The notes under the pieces were generated by a model that saw nothing but the letters and a program-made list of their open reading frames with translations, made no database searches and had not been told where the DNA came from. DNA of 39,544 nucleotides from the sequence record SRR22947725_566. One strand, given 5' to 3'. The translations under genes were made by a program, and so were the position numbers. Within the stretch, counting starts at the first letter, position 1; each line of letters begins with the position of its first letter. Shown piece by piece: positions 8,985 through 18,176 of this stretch.

Positions 8985-10360
8985 GTATATTATTAGATTC
9001 TCCAGTTGATGCCCTGCGTCAGTATGTCAGTTTTCCAAGTGTTTCCGCAGATCAAAGCTTTGCGGACGGCGTCAGTGAGGCGCGTGAATTTGCCTGTTCC
9101 CGTCTTAAGGAACTTGGATTTGAAGTGGATTTAATTCCTACCCCAATACATCCTATTATTCTAGCGACCCGTGGAGACCCGTCCTGGCCCAGGTTGGTGA
9201 TTTATGGTCATTATGATGTCCAGCCACCAGACCCTTTGGATCTGTGGACGACTGACCCCTTTGATGCGGTGGAGCGTGATGGCAGGCTTTATGGTCGGGG
9301 TGCGGCGGACAATAAGGGGCCGCAAATTGTTCATATGTCTGCCTTGGCTCGAGTTTTTCGAGATAATCCAGACTACCCGTTACATATTACCTACTTGATT
9401 GAAGGTGAAGAGGAGATTGGTAGTCCGAGTTTTCGAGGTTTTTTAGGAGAACATAAACAAAAACTACAAGGGGATTTACTCTTAGTCTCAGATACTGGCA
9501 GTCCAGGGGCTGATCAATTGGTAGTCACTACCGGCTTACGTGGCTTAAGTGCTATGGAGGTGAAGATTTTTGGCCCTAAGCAGGACTTGCATTCGGGAGT
9601 TCATGGGGGTGCATTGCTTAACCCTCTGCAGGCTTTGATGCAGGCATGTGCCTCGCTTCATGACCAGGAGGGGAGGGTGACTGTGCCCGGTTTTTATGAT
9701 GCAGTTCGACCGCCTGAGCAGTGGGAGCGGGAAGAACTGGCCAAATTACCAATTACAGAGGAGGACTATGCGAAATTCCTTGGAGTATCCAAGTTTTTTC
9801 CTCCTCCGGGATATTCTTCACTTGAGGGAATACGTTTTTGTCCAACATTAGAATTTAATGGCGTAGGGGGAGGCTATCAGGGCGAGGGTTCGAAGACGGT
9901 AATCCCAGCTGAAGCGTTTGCTAAAATTACTTGTCGATTAGTCCCCGACCAAAAGTCAGAAGATATTGCCAATAAGGTTCGGCAAGCGATCGAGGAAGCC
10001 TGTCCCACTGCGGTTCGGGTAGAAGTACAATTGAAGGGGGGAGGAGATCCTTATGTTGTGATCCCACCGGGTAAGCCAGGTTCGAGTGGTCAGGAGAGTG
10101 AATTGATGAAGAAAGCCTTTTCTGTGGCGGAAGATTGTATTGAGTCTGGCTTTGGGACACGACCGATCTTCCTGCGGGAAGGGGGAAGTATTCCCATTAT
10201 TCAAGACTTGAAGGAATTAGCGGGGTTAGACTCCCTGATGATCGGTCTTTTTACAAACGAAGACAATTTGCATGCACCGGATGAAAGTTTTAATCTTACC
10301 ATAATGGACCGTGCCATTAATTCCTTTGAGAAATTCTTTAAGCAATTAATCCGAGATTGA
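8981..10360 (+). CDS. M20 family metallo-dipeptidase (ArgE/DapE-like)
   Basis: YGHYDVQP, YGRGAADNKG, EGEEEIGS, DLHSG, GGSIP, HAPDE. ATGA overlap with the M48 gene. Confidence 0.92.
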   Translation: MSILLDSPVDALRQYVSFPSVSADQSFADGVSEAREFACSRLKELGFEVDLIPTPIHPIILATRGDPSWPRLVIYGHYDVQPPDPLDLWTTDPFDAVERDGRLYGRGAADNKGPQIVHMSALARVFRDNPDYPLHITYLIEGEEEIGSPSFRGFLGEHKQKLQGDLLLVSDTGSPGADQLVVTTGLRGLSAMEVKIFGPKQDLHSGVHGGALLNPLQALMQACASLHDQEGRVTVPGFYDAVRPPEQWEREELAKLPITEEDYAKFLGVSKFFPPPGYSSLEGIRFCPTLEFNGVGGGYQGEGSKTVIPAEAFAKITCRLVPDQKSEDIANKVRQAIEEACPTAVRVEVQLKGGGDPYVVIPPGKPGSSGQESELMKKAFSVAEDCIESGFGTRPIFLREGGSIPIIQDLKELAGLDSLMIGLFTNEDNLHAPDESFNLTIMDRAINSFEKFFKQLIRD

Positions 10361-11188
10361 TTTGGGATTAATTTTTTGGGTTATCCAGCGACGAATAGCT
10401 TGGCCCAATAGATCGAGAAAAATTACGATTACCAGGATGCAGATCAAAATAGTAGTCACTTTTTGAAAGCCACTTGCCATCTCCATCGCCTTATTTAATT
10501 CCATTCCAATTCCACCCGCTCCCACTAAGCCAATAATACTGGCCGATCGGATGTTATATTCCAGCATCCATAAAGAATGACTCCACACCTGTGCTTTCAC
10601 ATTTGGCCAAAGTCCATAAAGAAAAGCCTGGATGGGATTCGCTCCGATAAGCTTCAGTCCACGAGCCACTTTTATGTCCATCGATTCAAAGCTTTCGCTA
10701 AAAAACTTACCGAGGTAGCCCAAACTGTAAAAGGTGAGAGCACAGACCCCGGCAATGGGGGTGGGGCCAAAAAATATAACGAATAAAAATGCCCAAATCA
10801 GGCTGGGTAAGGTTCGGGTTATATTGAGAAACATTCGAGTTAGTTGAACGAGCCAGATGGGCGAAATATTTCTTGATGCTGCAAGCGCAATAACTAAGGA
10901 AAGATTGACCGCAATAAAGGTTGAGACGATTGCGATTTGAAAAGTTTCTCCCAGAGAATCTAAGATAAGTGGGAAGTCAGAAAAGTCGGGTGGGAAAAAC
11001 TTTTTTAAAAAATAACGAACCCCTGCCATTACATCTGCGGGTCGATTATCTTGAAGAAGGTTTTTTCCTGAAAAAATGGTAAGGAATAGAAAAAGGATCA
11101 CTAGAATATTGAGCAGATTAAGACGATCGTACCAATTTCTACCTGGTAATCCGGATGGTATTCTTGTTTCTTTTTCCTCAGGCTTCAT
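10346..11188 (-). CDS. phnE: Phosphonate/phosphite-type ABC transporter permease (PhnE/PtxC family)
   Basis: RTLPSLIWA, LGKFFSESFE, EYNIRSASIIGLVGAGGIG, multiple TM segments. Confidence 0.87.
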   Translation of the reverse strand: MKPEEKETRIPSGLPGRNWYDRLNLLNILVILFLFLTIFSGKNLLQDNRPADVMAGVRYFLKKFFPPDFSDFPLILDSLGETFQIAIVSTFIAVNLSLVIALAASRNISPIWLVQLTRMFLNITRTLPSLIWAFLFVIFFGPTPIAGVCALTFYSLGYLGKFFSESFESMDIKVARGLKLIGANPIQAFLYGLWPNVKAQVWSHSLWMLEYNIRSASIIGLVGAGGIGMELNKAMEMASGFQKVTTILICILVIVIFLDLLGQAIRRWITQKINPKSISD

Positions 11189-11885
11189 GTTTTTTTTGAA
11201 CTTCTCGTAAGTTCCATCCTTCCGGATGGGCAGGGTTTAGACTGAGTGCAAAATCGGCGAACCTGGAAATGAGTTGGGGGTCATGGAGCGCACACATTAC
11301 AATTTTTCCATTTTGAGAAGTTAAATTTCGAAAAAGTCCCATAACCCGACCCGCGTAATAAGTGTCCAAATTGGAAACCGGTTCATCTGCCAAAATAAAG
11401 GAGGGATCCTGAAAAAGGGTTCGTGCAATTGCGGTTCTCTGTCTTTCTCCACCTGATGTTTGCGAAGTCCACTTGTAAGCTAAATGATCGATGCCAAGGT
11501 CTTTTAGTATTTCAAATGCTTTTTCCTTGTCCAGCGTTGGGAAGCCGATAATTGATTCTTTTAGGCCATATTGTGCCACTCTTCCATACAGTACATTTTC
11601 TAAAACAGTAACATGATCGGTTAACCGAAGACTTTGAAAAATAATTCCAAGATGAGGGCTGATATTTTCTGTTTCCCGAATTTCCCCGGTATTAATTTTA
11701 AATTCAACTTTCCCCTCGGTGGGAGTTTCTGAACCCGAAAGACACGAAAGCAGGCTTGATTTACCCACCCCGGAAGGACCCAGTAATGCAACAATTGAAC
11801 CACTGGGTATGGAAAGGTCTAAATTGCGAAAGAGCCATTCACCGCCCCGCTTCAGTCCCAAGTTTTCAGTATGCAAAGAAATCAT
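11178..11885 (-). CDS. phnC: ABC transporter ATP-binding subunit (PhnC/PtxA-like)
   Basis: Walker A GPSGVGKS, signature TSGGERQR, Walker B ILADEPVSNLD, H-loop ALHD. Lies between phnD-like and phnE-like genes. Confidence 0.85.
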   Translation of the reverse strand: MISLHTENLGLKRGGEWLFRNLDLSIPSGSIVALLGPSGVGKSSLLSCLSGSETPTEGKVEFKINTGEIRETENISPHLGIIFQSLRLTDHVTVLENVLYGRVAQYGLKESIIGFPTLDKEKAFEILKDLGIDHLAYKWTSQTSGGERQRTAIARTLFQDPSFILADEPVSNLDTYYAGRVMGLFRNLTSQNGKIVMCALHDPQLISRFADFALSLNPAHPEGWNLREVQKKHEA

Positions 11886-11944
11886 CTGAATTATGAAATG
11901 AGCACTCGATTATCCTGCTTCGTATGAGGATAGGGAAAGAAAAG

Positions 11945-12889
11945 TTAATCTTTAAGTGTGGATACTTGAGACTTTGCTTCCCGCGGCGCTTGCAGATGTT
12001 CAACAGAATTGACTCCCACAAGTGTACCTCCAAATAAGCTTTGAGATAGTTGTGGTTCTTCTTCCACGATTCCAAGTAATGCATCCTGAATTAACTGACG
12101 ATCTTGCGAGGGAAGGGACTTGCGGACGCAAAATGTATGGGATGCTACGGGGCCCTGTCTTTGGATCACTTTAAGCCTTGATCGTTGTTCTACGGTAAGG
12201 TGCTTGTCCTTTTCGAAGACATAATAACTTACCGCTGCTGCTTCAGCCTTACCGGTTAATACTTGCTCGACTGCGGAAACATAGCCGGACCCATAGTACA
12301 CATTTCCTTTTCCAAAGAATTTCTCAATACTACCTCCTTTGGGAAGCAATCCTTTTTTCATTAAGTCCCAACAGGGAATCAAATAACCGGAGGTACTCGT
12401 CCTGGAGGAGAAGGCAATGGGCTTTCCTTTTAAGTCGGATATGTCCTGATAGGGTCGTTCTTTGAGACATAACCATACACTGTAATAGTAAGCACCTCTA
12501 TAGGGTTTTCCTTCAGGATTAGTACTGCTGTGTAGTCCAGCAAGAAGAACATCTGCTACCTCATTGTCTGCAAATGAAATCGCATCGCTTGAACTAACAT
12601 ATCCAATATCAATCGTTTTATTGGCAAGCCCCGCTTCGATAATCGATTTGTTGGTGGGAGTCGATATTTTTACGGGTATTCCTATTCTTTTGGACAACGC
12701 CTCCCCAAGAGTGTTTTCGTCCTCTCGTTGTGCTTGCACATTTTTATTGGGCTTCAGTGCTATATTAATGGTCGAAACTGAGAGGGGGGAGGTATTATCT
12801 TCCGAATTCCCATCTCCCTCCTTTGTGGATTCTGTGCAGGCTTGAAGTGAAAAAAGTACTACTATGCTAAGAAATAATTTAGACGTCAT
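11945..12889 (-). CDS. phnD: Phosphate/phosphite/phosphonate ABC substrate-binding lipoprotein (PhnD/PtxB family)
   Basis: Lipobox LQAC, YYSV, DLKGKPIAF, STSGYLIP anion-binding motif. Actual ligand unknown. Confidence 0.8.
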   Translation of the reverse strand: MTSKLFLSIVVLFSLQACTESTKEGDGNSEDNTSPLSVSTINIALKPNKNVQAQREDENTLGEALSKRIGIPVKISTPTNKSIIEAGLANKTIDIGYVSSSDAISFADNEVADVLLAGLHSSTNPEGKPYRGAYYYSVWLCLKERPYQDISDLKGKPIAFSSRTSTSGYLIPCWDLMKKGLLPKGGSIEKFFGKGNVYYGSGYVSAVEQVLTGKAEAAAVSYYVFEKDKHLTVEQRSRLKVIQRQGPVASHTFCVRKSLPSQDRQLIQDALLGIVEEEPQLSQSLFGGTLVGVNSVEHLQAPREAKSQVSTLKD

Positions 12890-12895
12890 TTGTTT

Positions 12896-12912
12896 TTGAG
12901 ATTGAGTCTCAA
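12896..12912. promoter_or_regulatory. Palindromic operator TTGAGA-N5-TCTCAA, Fur-family-box-like
   Basis: TTGAGATTGAGTCTCAA is a perfect 6-5-6 inverted repeat 6 bp upstream of the phnD-like ATG. Confidence 0.55.
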
Positions 12913-13022
12913 TAAAATGGCAAGCAAGCGGAAAAAGTCAACAAGACTCGTACTCAAGAAGGCGTTAACTAAAATGAAATACCTCTCCAATAAACAATTG
13001 TAGAACAAGTAATGATACAATG

Positions 13023-13068
13023 TCGCTTGTTGACAGTAACAAGCGAAGTAAGAATTGAAAAATTCTTA
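13023..13068 (-). terminator. Two tandem hairpins at and after the stop of the pal-like pair (possible terminator or mRNA stabiliser)
   Basis: TCGCTTGTT-gacagt-AACAAGCGA (13023-13046) and TAAGAATT-gaaa-AATTCTTA (13049-13068). The U-tract after them is weak. Confidence 0.45.
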
Positions 13069-13659
13069 GCCCTTAGAGACCACAAAAGTGGCTCTTCTGT
13101 CCAATCTTGACTGCTCGGAGTCCGCATCTGGTATAGCTAGTTCATCTCCCAATGAGATAACTTCTATACGATTTGCTTCGCATCCCAGTTCAATCAAATA
13201 TTCCTTCACTGTAGTTGCCCGTCTGTCCCCGAGGGATTTGTTGTAGTTAGGAGTTCCCTTCCAATCACAGTATCCTTCCACTAACAGTCGTGCATTCACA
13301 TTTGATTTCATGAAATCGGCAATTTCAGAAATTTTAGGTCGCTCAGTGGCTGTTATGTTATACTGATCAAATCCAAAAAAAACAGGATCAAAAGGGCGAA
13401 TCACATTAAGCGGATCATCGAACGCAGAAAGTGAAGGGTCTCGCAGTGCAAGAGGGTCAGTATTGTCAAAGTCGCCTCGTAATGGATCTCCTAAGCCTGC
13501 AAGGTCATCCGCTCCCTCATTAAAGCCGCTCTCACCTGAGTTACTGTTGATGGAACTATCACCTTCTCGGTTCAGAGTTGTTTCAGGTTGTGCTTTTTTG
13601 GCACAGGATGAAAGGAATAGGATAACGATTTGAACCGTTACAAAAAATGAAACCTTCAT
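13066..13659 (-). CDS. pal: Pal/OmpA-family peptidoglycan-associated lipoprotein (copy 2)
   Basis: Lipobox LSSC, VFFGFDQY, VEGYCDWKGTPNYNKSLGDRRA, ISLG. Confidence 0.85.
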   Translation of the reverse strand: MKVSFFVTVQIVILFLSSCAKKAQPETTLNREGDSSINSNSGESGFNEGADDLAGLGDPLRGDFDNTDPLALRDPSLSAFDDPLNVIRPFDPVFFGFDQYNITATERPKISEIADFMKSNVNARLLVEGYCDWKGTPNYNKSLGDRRATTVKEYLIELGCEANRIEVISLGDELAIPDADSEQSRLDRRATFVVSKG

Positions 13660-13669
13660 TACAATTCTT

Positions 13670-14275
13670 TCAGGAGTCTTTGAGAACTAAAAAGTGTGCT
13701 TTTCGCTCGAGTCCTGCAGTAGTAGGATCCGCATCTGGTGTAGCCACTTCATCTCCCATCGAGATAACTTCCACACGACTGGGGTCGGTGCCAAGATCAA
13801 TCAGGTAGTCTTTGACGCTACTTGCACGTCGATCGCCGAGAGATTTGTTGTATGCGGGTGTTCCCTTCCAATCACAGTAGCCTTCGACTAAAACGCGGGC
13901 TCCCGGTGTCTCATTTAAGAATGACGAAATTGCCTGTAGCTTGGATCGTTCTTCGCTCCCTATGCTATATTGATCAAACCCAAAAAAGATTGGCTCGAAC
14001 GGACGGTCTCCATTCGCTAAATTTTCGGAATCTCCCCAGAATGGATCTTGTGGAAACAGTCCGTCTTCCCCATCCAGGCCAGAAATAGTAGCACCAATGG
14101 GAGACAATTCATCTCCTTCATTGTATGCCAAATCGTCAGGCGAACCAATGAAGGTCCCTCGATCTGTTCCTTTAATGAGTGAGGTATCTTCAGGGCTAGG
14201 TCCCGTGCTTTTAGAGCAACTAGCTTGAAAGAATGCCACCACTAACAATCCCACCATCCACATTGAATTTTTCAT
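13670..14275 (-). CDS. pal: Pal/OmpA-family peptidoglycan-associated lipoprotein (copy 1)
   Basis: Lipobox-like QASC, IFFGFDQY, VEGYCDWKGTPAYNKSLGDRRA, ISMG. Confidence 0.85.
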   Translation of the reverse strand: MKNSMWMVGLLVVAFFQASCSKSTGPSPEDTSLIKGTDRGTFIGSPDDLAYNEGDELSPIGATISGLDGEDGLFPQDPFWGDSENLANGDRPFEPIFFGFDQYSIGSEERSKLQAISSFLNETPGARVLVEGYCDWKGTPAYNKSLGDRRASSVKDYLIDLGTDPSRVEVISMGDEVATPDADPTTAGLERKAHFLVLKDS

Positions 14276-14373
14276 ACTTTTATCTCCCGCTATTTAACGA
14301 TTAACCATCCCTTAGTTAATCTTCTTAAATTATTTTGTTGCACGCGACTCAACCTTCGTCAACGAGAAAGCGC

Positions 14374-15198
14374 ATGAATTTACCAATTTGTTTATTAGTC
14401 GATAATGGTTCTCTACGACCTGAAGCAATTTTTAGTCTGCGCCGGGTGGCTCAGAAACTTTCACTTGAAACCTCTTTTAATGTGATTCCACTTGGATTAT
14501 TGCACTCCAATAAAGTGGATCCCGCTTTATTGGATGGAGTCTCCGGAGAAACAATTGGTACTTTTTTATCGGACGAACATACCAATACTCAAAACGAGTT
14601 GATGGTGTTGCCCTTTTTTTTCGGACCCAGTCGAGGTATTACGGAATGGTTGATTGAAAAACTTGAGGATTGGAAATCAAGGGACTCCACTCGTTCGTAT
14701 CGTGTTTTAGATCCGTTATTTAAAGGAAACGAGTTACAATTAGCGCAAGCATTACAGGACGAGATTGAAAATACTTCCAACCTGCAAAACCCGGAGAAAT
14801 ATAAGGTTGCTTTAGTTGACCACGGAACCCCAGTTCAGGTGGTCAATCAGGTAAGAGAGGCTGTGGGCGATCAACTGAAGGATTTATTATCGGAGCAGGT
14901 AATCGGGTTTTCCACTTGCAGTATGGAGCGAAGGGAGGGGGATGAATATTCGTTCAATGATCCACTCCTTGAGAATTTACTGATAAAATGGGCTGAAGGC
15001 GGTACGACTCAAGTTATTGTTGCCTTATTTTTCCTTTTATCAGGAAGACATGCAGGAAAAGAGGGAGATTTGGCAGAAATTTGCGCAAGGGTAAAAAAAC
15101 AATTTGCTGCAATTAACATTTTGCTCACCAATCCCCTGGGTGAACATGAAATAATCTTTAAAATCCTTTGTGAGAGGTTACATGCCAGTAAGAACTGA
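14374..15198 (+). CDS. CbiX/SirB-like class II chelatase family protein (two domains)
   Basis: LVDNGSLRP...VLPFFFGP in domain 1. LVDHGTP...FFLLSGRH...PLGEH in domain 2. Start placed at ATG 14374. Confidence 0.75.
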   Translation: MNLPICLLVDNGSLRPEAIFSLRRVAQKLSLETSFNVIPLGLLHSNKVDPALLDGVSGETIGTFLSDEHTNTQNELMVLPFFFGPSRGITEWLIEKLEDWKSRDSTRSYRVLDPLFKGNELQLAQALQDEIENTSNLQNPEKYKVALVDHGTPVQVVNQVREAVGDQLKDLLSEQVIGFSTCSMERREGDEYSFNDPLLENLLIKWAEGGTTQVIVALFFLLSGRHAGKEGDLAEICARVKKQFAAINILLTNPLGEHEIIFKILCERLHASKN

Positions 15199-15218
15199 AT
15201 GAACTCAATTAATTAAAT

Positions 15219-16106
15219 TTATGATAAGGGGGTAAAATAAATTCCCGCAATGAGTAAAAGTGCTCCCAGCATTCTCCTTACTACAATTGGCTCTCTCATA
15301 AAGCCCTCCTCCAAACCAATATGTTTACCAAACCAGGATGCGAGCAAAATAGCCCATATTCCTCGGCAGGCATAAAATACATTTGCTTCTGCAGGTACTT
15401 GATAAAAGGCAATCGCCATGGACATGAGTATGGCTTGTATCCCCATCGGGATACAGGAGGCAAACATCCAAAAGTCCGCTTTCTTGCGAGATTCAAAAAA
15501 TCTTCCATCGACTAGCGGTAAAAGAAAGAAAGACATCGCACCCACCGTGGTAAACATTACAAAAATTACATGCTCTGGCGTTGATTTTTGAGCTAGATGT
15601 GGCACCAAAGAATCAGTTAAGCCAAATCCCGCGGCAGTTAGTAAACCCAGACTGATTGCGGTTTTGCAAATCTTACCACCTTTTTCTGGCCATCCAATTA
15701 ATGCGACTGCACAGGCCGCAAACATAACAGCAATCCAGGTTTCGGGTGAGGGGGTACCAGTTAAGCCAAAGCTCATTACAAATAAAGCCACGAATATTGA
15801 CTTGGATCCCATGATAGGGGTGACCATAGAGGCATCTCCTTTTTGAAGAGCAAAAAAACAGGCGCATTGAGAAAGGAAAAAAATGAAGCCAAGTAATACC
15901 CCGGCCTGGAAATCATACCAATCCGGAGTGCTTCCCAGTACAAAAGGATAGGGTAAAAAGAAGGCCGCCATGATCCAATTTGAAAAGATCAAAGACCGAA
16001 TCGTACCCGCTCCTAATTCTAAACCTCGCTTACACAGTAAAGCACTGCATGCGTAAAACGCACCGGCAGTAAATGCAAGGAGGTAGGGTGGCAGATGAGT
16101 TGGCAA
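15219..16106 (-). CDS. DMT/EamA family transporter
   Basis: About 10 hydrophobic segments in two repeats, ALQKGDASMVTPI. TTG start. Confidence 0.8.
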   Translation of the reverse strand: MPTHLPPYLLAFTAGAFYACSALLCKRGLELGAGTIRSLIFSNWIMAAFFLPYPFVLGSTPDWYDFQAGVLLGFIFFLSQCACFFALQKGDASMVTPIMGSKSIFVALFVMSFGLTGTPSPETWIAVMFAACAVALIGWPEKGGKICKTAISLGLLTAAGFGLTDSLVPHLAQKSTPEHVIFVMFTTVGAMSFFLLPLVDGRFFESRKKADFWMFASCIPMGIQAILMSMAIAFYQVPAEANVFYACRGIWAILLASWFGKHIGLEEGFMREPIVVRRMLGALLLIAGIYFTPLS

Positions 16107-16126
16107 AAATAGAAAAGTAAAAGAGA

Positions 16127-17086
16127 TTAATTACTCTTAATGAAGGCTTGGCTTAGCTTCTCACATTCTTTTTGATTCATTTCTCCTTGAAAAATATGTA
16201 ACCTGTATTGAACGACTAAAGGGCTCGACGGGGTAATTTTCGTCTTAAAGTAGGAGCCAAAACGACCATAGTCCCGTTCGCTGTAAAAGGATGGTTTGGG
16301 GTTGGCCGGGTGTTCCAGATAGAGGGTGGTGTAACGGTTCCCCCCCACGACCACACTTTGAGCCTTCCAGGGGAGGTTGGTCATGTCTTTGTCCTGGGGC
16401 CAGTTTTTTGTTTTTCCTTTCCTGTCAATGCCCTCGACCGGTCGAATGTAATAAGTTTCTTTACTTGTTTTTGTGGCCACTTCATTAGATGCCCGAAATT
16501 GAAAGCCCGCGTGTTGGGGGTCGCCATCCAATTGAACTTCCTCCTGGTCGGTGCTGAGCTTCGATTGGAAATCAACTTGGAGAAAACCTTCTTTGATGAA
16601 AGAGAAATGAAGAGTTCGATGCTCGGTCGCAAACACGGTACCATCGTCCACTCGCCAGGCAATTTTTGCTGTATGAGAAGCCTCTTGTTGATTGGCTGTT
16701 TTAGTAATGAATTTCTCATGAGTCTGGTACGCTCGTTTGCAATGCCAGGTATCAACATTTACCGACTTCCCATCTCCATCCAGGGCAGAGCATTTTGAAA
16801 ATCCAAAATAAATTCCCCGGTGGTGAGTGTATTTTCCTCCTGGTCCTTTGGTCAGGAAATCGACCCCGTTCGATTGAAAAATATGGTGAAATGGCTTGTA
16901 GGTTCGCTCCCGATCTTTTGGATTCATTTTTTCGAATACATAACGGGCAATTTTTTGGTCCTTCCAAAGAAGGTCAACATGCTGATTCAATGAAGTGCTT
17001 TCTTTCCAACTGAATTTTCCCGCAAAACAAAATTGTGGCACAATACTAAAGAAAAAGAAAACGGATAAGGTTAATTGTAGGGTCAT
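16127..17086 (-). CDS. Secreted DUF6807/PmoA(PF14100)-like protein
   Basis: Signal peptide, KPFHHI, HHRGIYFG, GFQFRA, RDYG. These motifs are typical of this PVC/Bacteroidota family. Not a methane monooxygenase subunit. Confidence 0.7.
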   Translation of the reverse strand: MTLQLTLSVFFFFSIVPQFCFAGKFSWKESTSLNQHVDLLWKDQKIARYVFEKMNPKDRERTYKPFHHIFQSNGVDFLTKGPGGKYTHHRGIYFGFSKCSALDGDGKSVNVDTWHCKRAYQTHEKFITKTANQQEASHTAKIAWRVDDGTVFATEHRTLHFSFIKEGFLQVDFQSKLSTDQEEVQLDGDPQHAGFQFRASNEVATKTSKETYYIRPVEGIDRKGKTKNWPQDKDMTNLPWKAQSVVVGGNRYTTLYLEHPANPKPSFYSERDYGRFGSYFKTKITPSSPLVVQYRLHIFQGEMNQKECEKLSQAFIKSN

Positions 17087-17207
17087 GGTAGGAGGTAACT
17101 TTTCAAACGATAACTTTTCAAGCTCAAAGAAGAGGTCACTAATATTTTTTAAGCATTCTGGCTTTCCATGCTCGCACCAATGACAAAAATTACTTCACTA
17201 TTGGATC

Positions 17208-18170
17208 ATGCATCGTACAATAACCCAGTTTTTTTTGATAAGTGGTTGCCTCATGCATTATCAATTACTTTCGGTGGTTGATTTTGAAGAGGAGGTTTGG
17301 CCTATCCTGGAGGAACGATGCGTGGAGTGTCACAAAGCACCATTCGAGCAAAATGGACGAAGGAAGGAACCCAAGGCTGGATTACGCTTGGATGGAGCGG
17401 GGCATATCATGGCAGGAAGTGATGAGGGTCCTGTCATTGTTGTGGACCACCCCAGTAAGAGTTCACTTTATCAACGAGTCATACTTCCTTCAACGGATGA
17501 TGACATCATGCCACCCAAAGGGGACCCTCTTACTTTTAATCAACAGGAACTCATTCGGAAGTGGATTGCGCAGGGAGTCGACTTTAGCAAGTGGGTGGGA
17601 GCGGAGGATGGAATCCGTATCCCCATAGGAGAAAATGGAGATCAGAGGCATGAACTACCTGAGTATCTTGCCTTTTATGATCAGTTGGCTTCTGGACTCA
17701 AGCCGATCAAGCCCGATCGATTAATCCAGTTTGATCGAGACTCATCGCTATTGATTCGTCCCATTGGAATCGGAAGTTCATTACTCGAAGTGCGGGTGGT
17801 CACAAAACCCAAAATGATTGATGATCAATTGATCGCACAGTTGATTCCCCTGAAGGACCATATTTGTCACTTGGACCTGAGGGGAACTTTAGTTACAGAC
17901 CAGTCCTGCGAGGTTATTTCAAAGTTTAAAAAACTAACTAAGTTGAATATGCGGGACACCCGGATTGGAGACAATGGAATCAAAGAGCTCTTCACATTGC
18001 CCAATTTACAAAGCTTGAACCTTTCGCAAACAAATGTGAGCGATAATGGAATTAATGCCCTTAGCTTACTTGCTAAACTGACTACTTTACACCTTTGGAA
18101 AAGTGGAGTGAGTGCGAAGGGAATTTCTCGATTGAGAGAGAGGAAACCATTAGTAGAAATTAGTTTTTAA
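17208..18170 (+). CDS. Planctomycete-type cytochrome c (PSCyt1-like) domain plus leucine-rich repeats
   Basis: VDFEEEVWPILEERCVECH (CxxCH), GLRLD, MPP, WIAQG. C-terminal LRRs LDLRGTLVTD, LNMRDTRIGD, LNLSQTNVSD, LHLWKSGVS. Confidence 0.85.
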   Translation: MHRTITQFFLISGCLMHYQLLSVVDFEEEVWPILEERCVECHKAPFEQNGRRKEPKAGLRLDGAGHIMAGSDEGPVIVVDHPSKSSLYQRVILPSTDDDIMPPKGDPLTFNQQELIRKWIAQGVDFSKWVGAEDGIRIPIGENGDQRHELPEYLAFYDQLASGLKPIKPDRLIQFDRDSSLLIRPIGIGSSLLEVRVVTKPKMIDDQLIAQLIPLKDHICHLDLRGTLVTDQSCEVISKFKKLTKLNMRDTRIGDNGIKELFTLPNLQSLNLSQTNVSDNGINALSLLAKLTTLHLWKSGVSAKGISRLRERKPLVEISF

Positions 18171-18176
18171 TTTATA

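Noticed and set aside
10346-10360. Convergent 3' gene overlaps (here 15 bp; also 22490-22512, 23 bp)
   Set aside because: Short tail-to-tail overlaps are ordinary in compact genomes.
11911-11932. TATCCT-N10-AGGATA hairpin between the phnD-like and phnC-like genes
   Set aside because: Only a 6-bp stem with a large loop. It could stabilise mRNA but is not distinguishable from chance.
16310-16798. 162-aa antisense ORF, and other short shadow ORFs such as 29674-30135 and 22194-22604
   Set aside because: They lie opposite or within well-supported genes and show no recognisable motifs.
16127-17086. Methane oxidation implied by the PmoA-like family name
   Set aside because: This is a soluble secreted protein, unlike the integral-membrane pMMO subunit, and no pmoB or pmoC is present.
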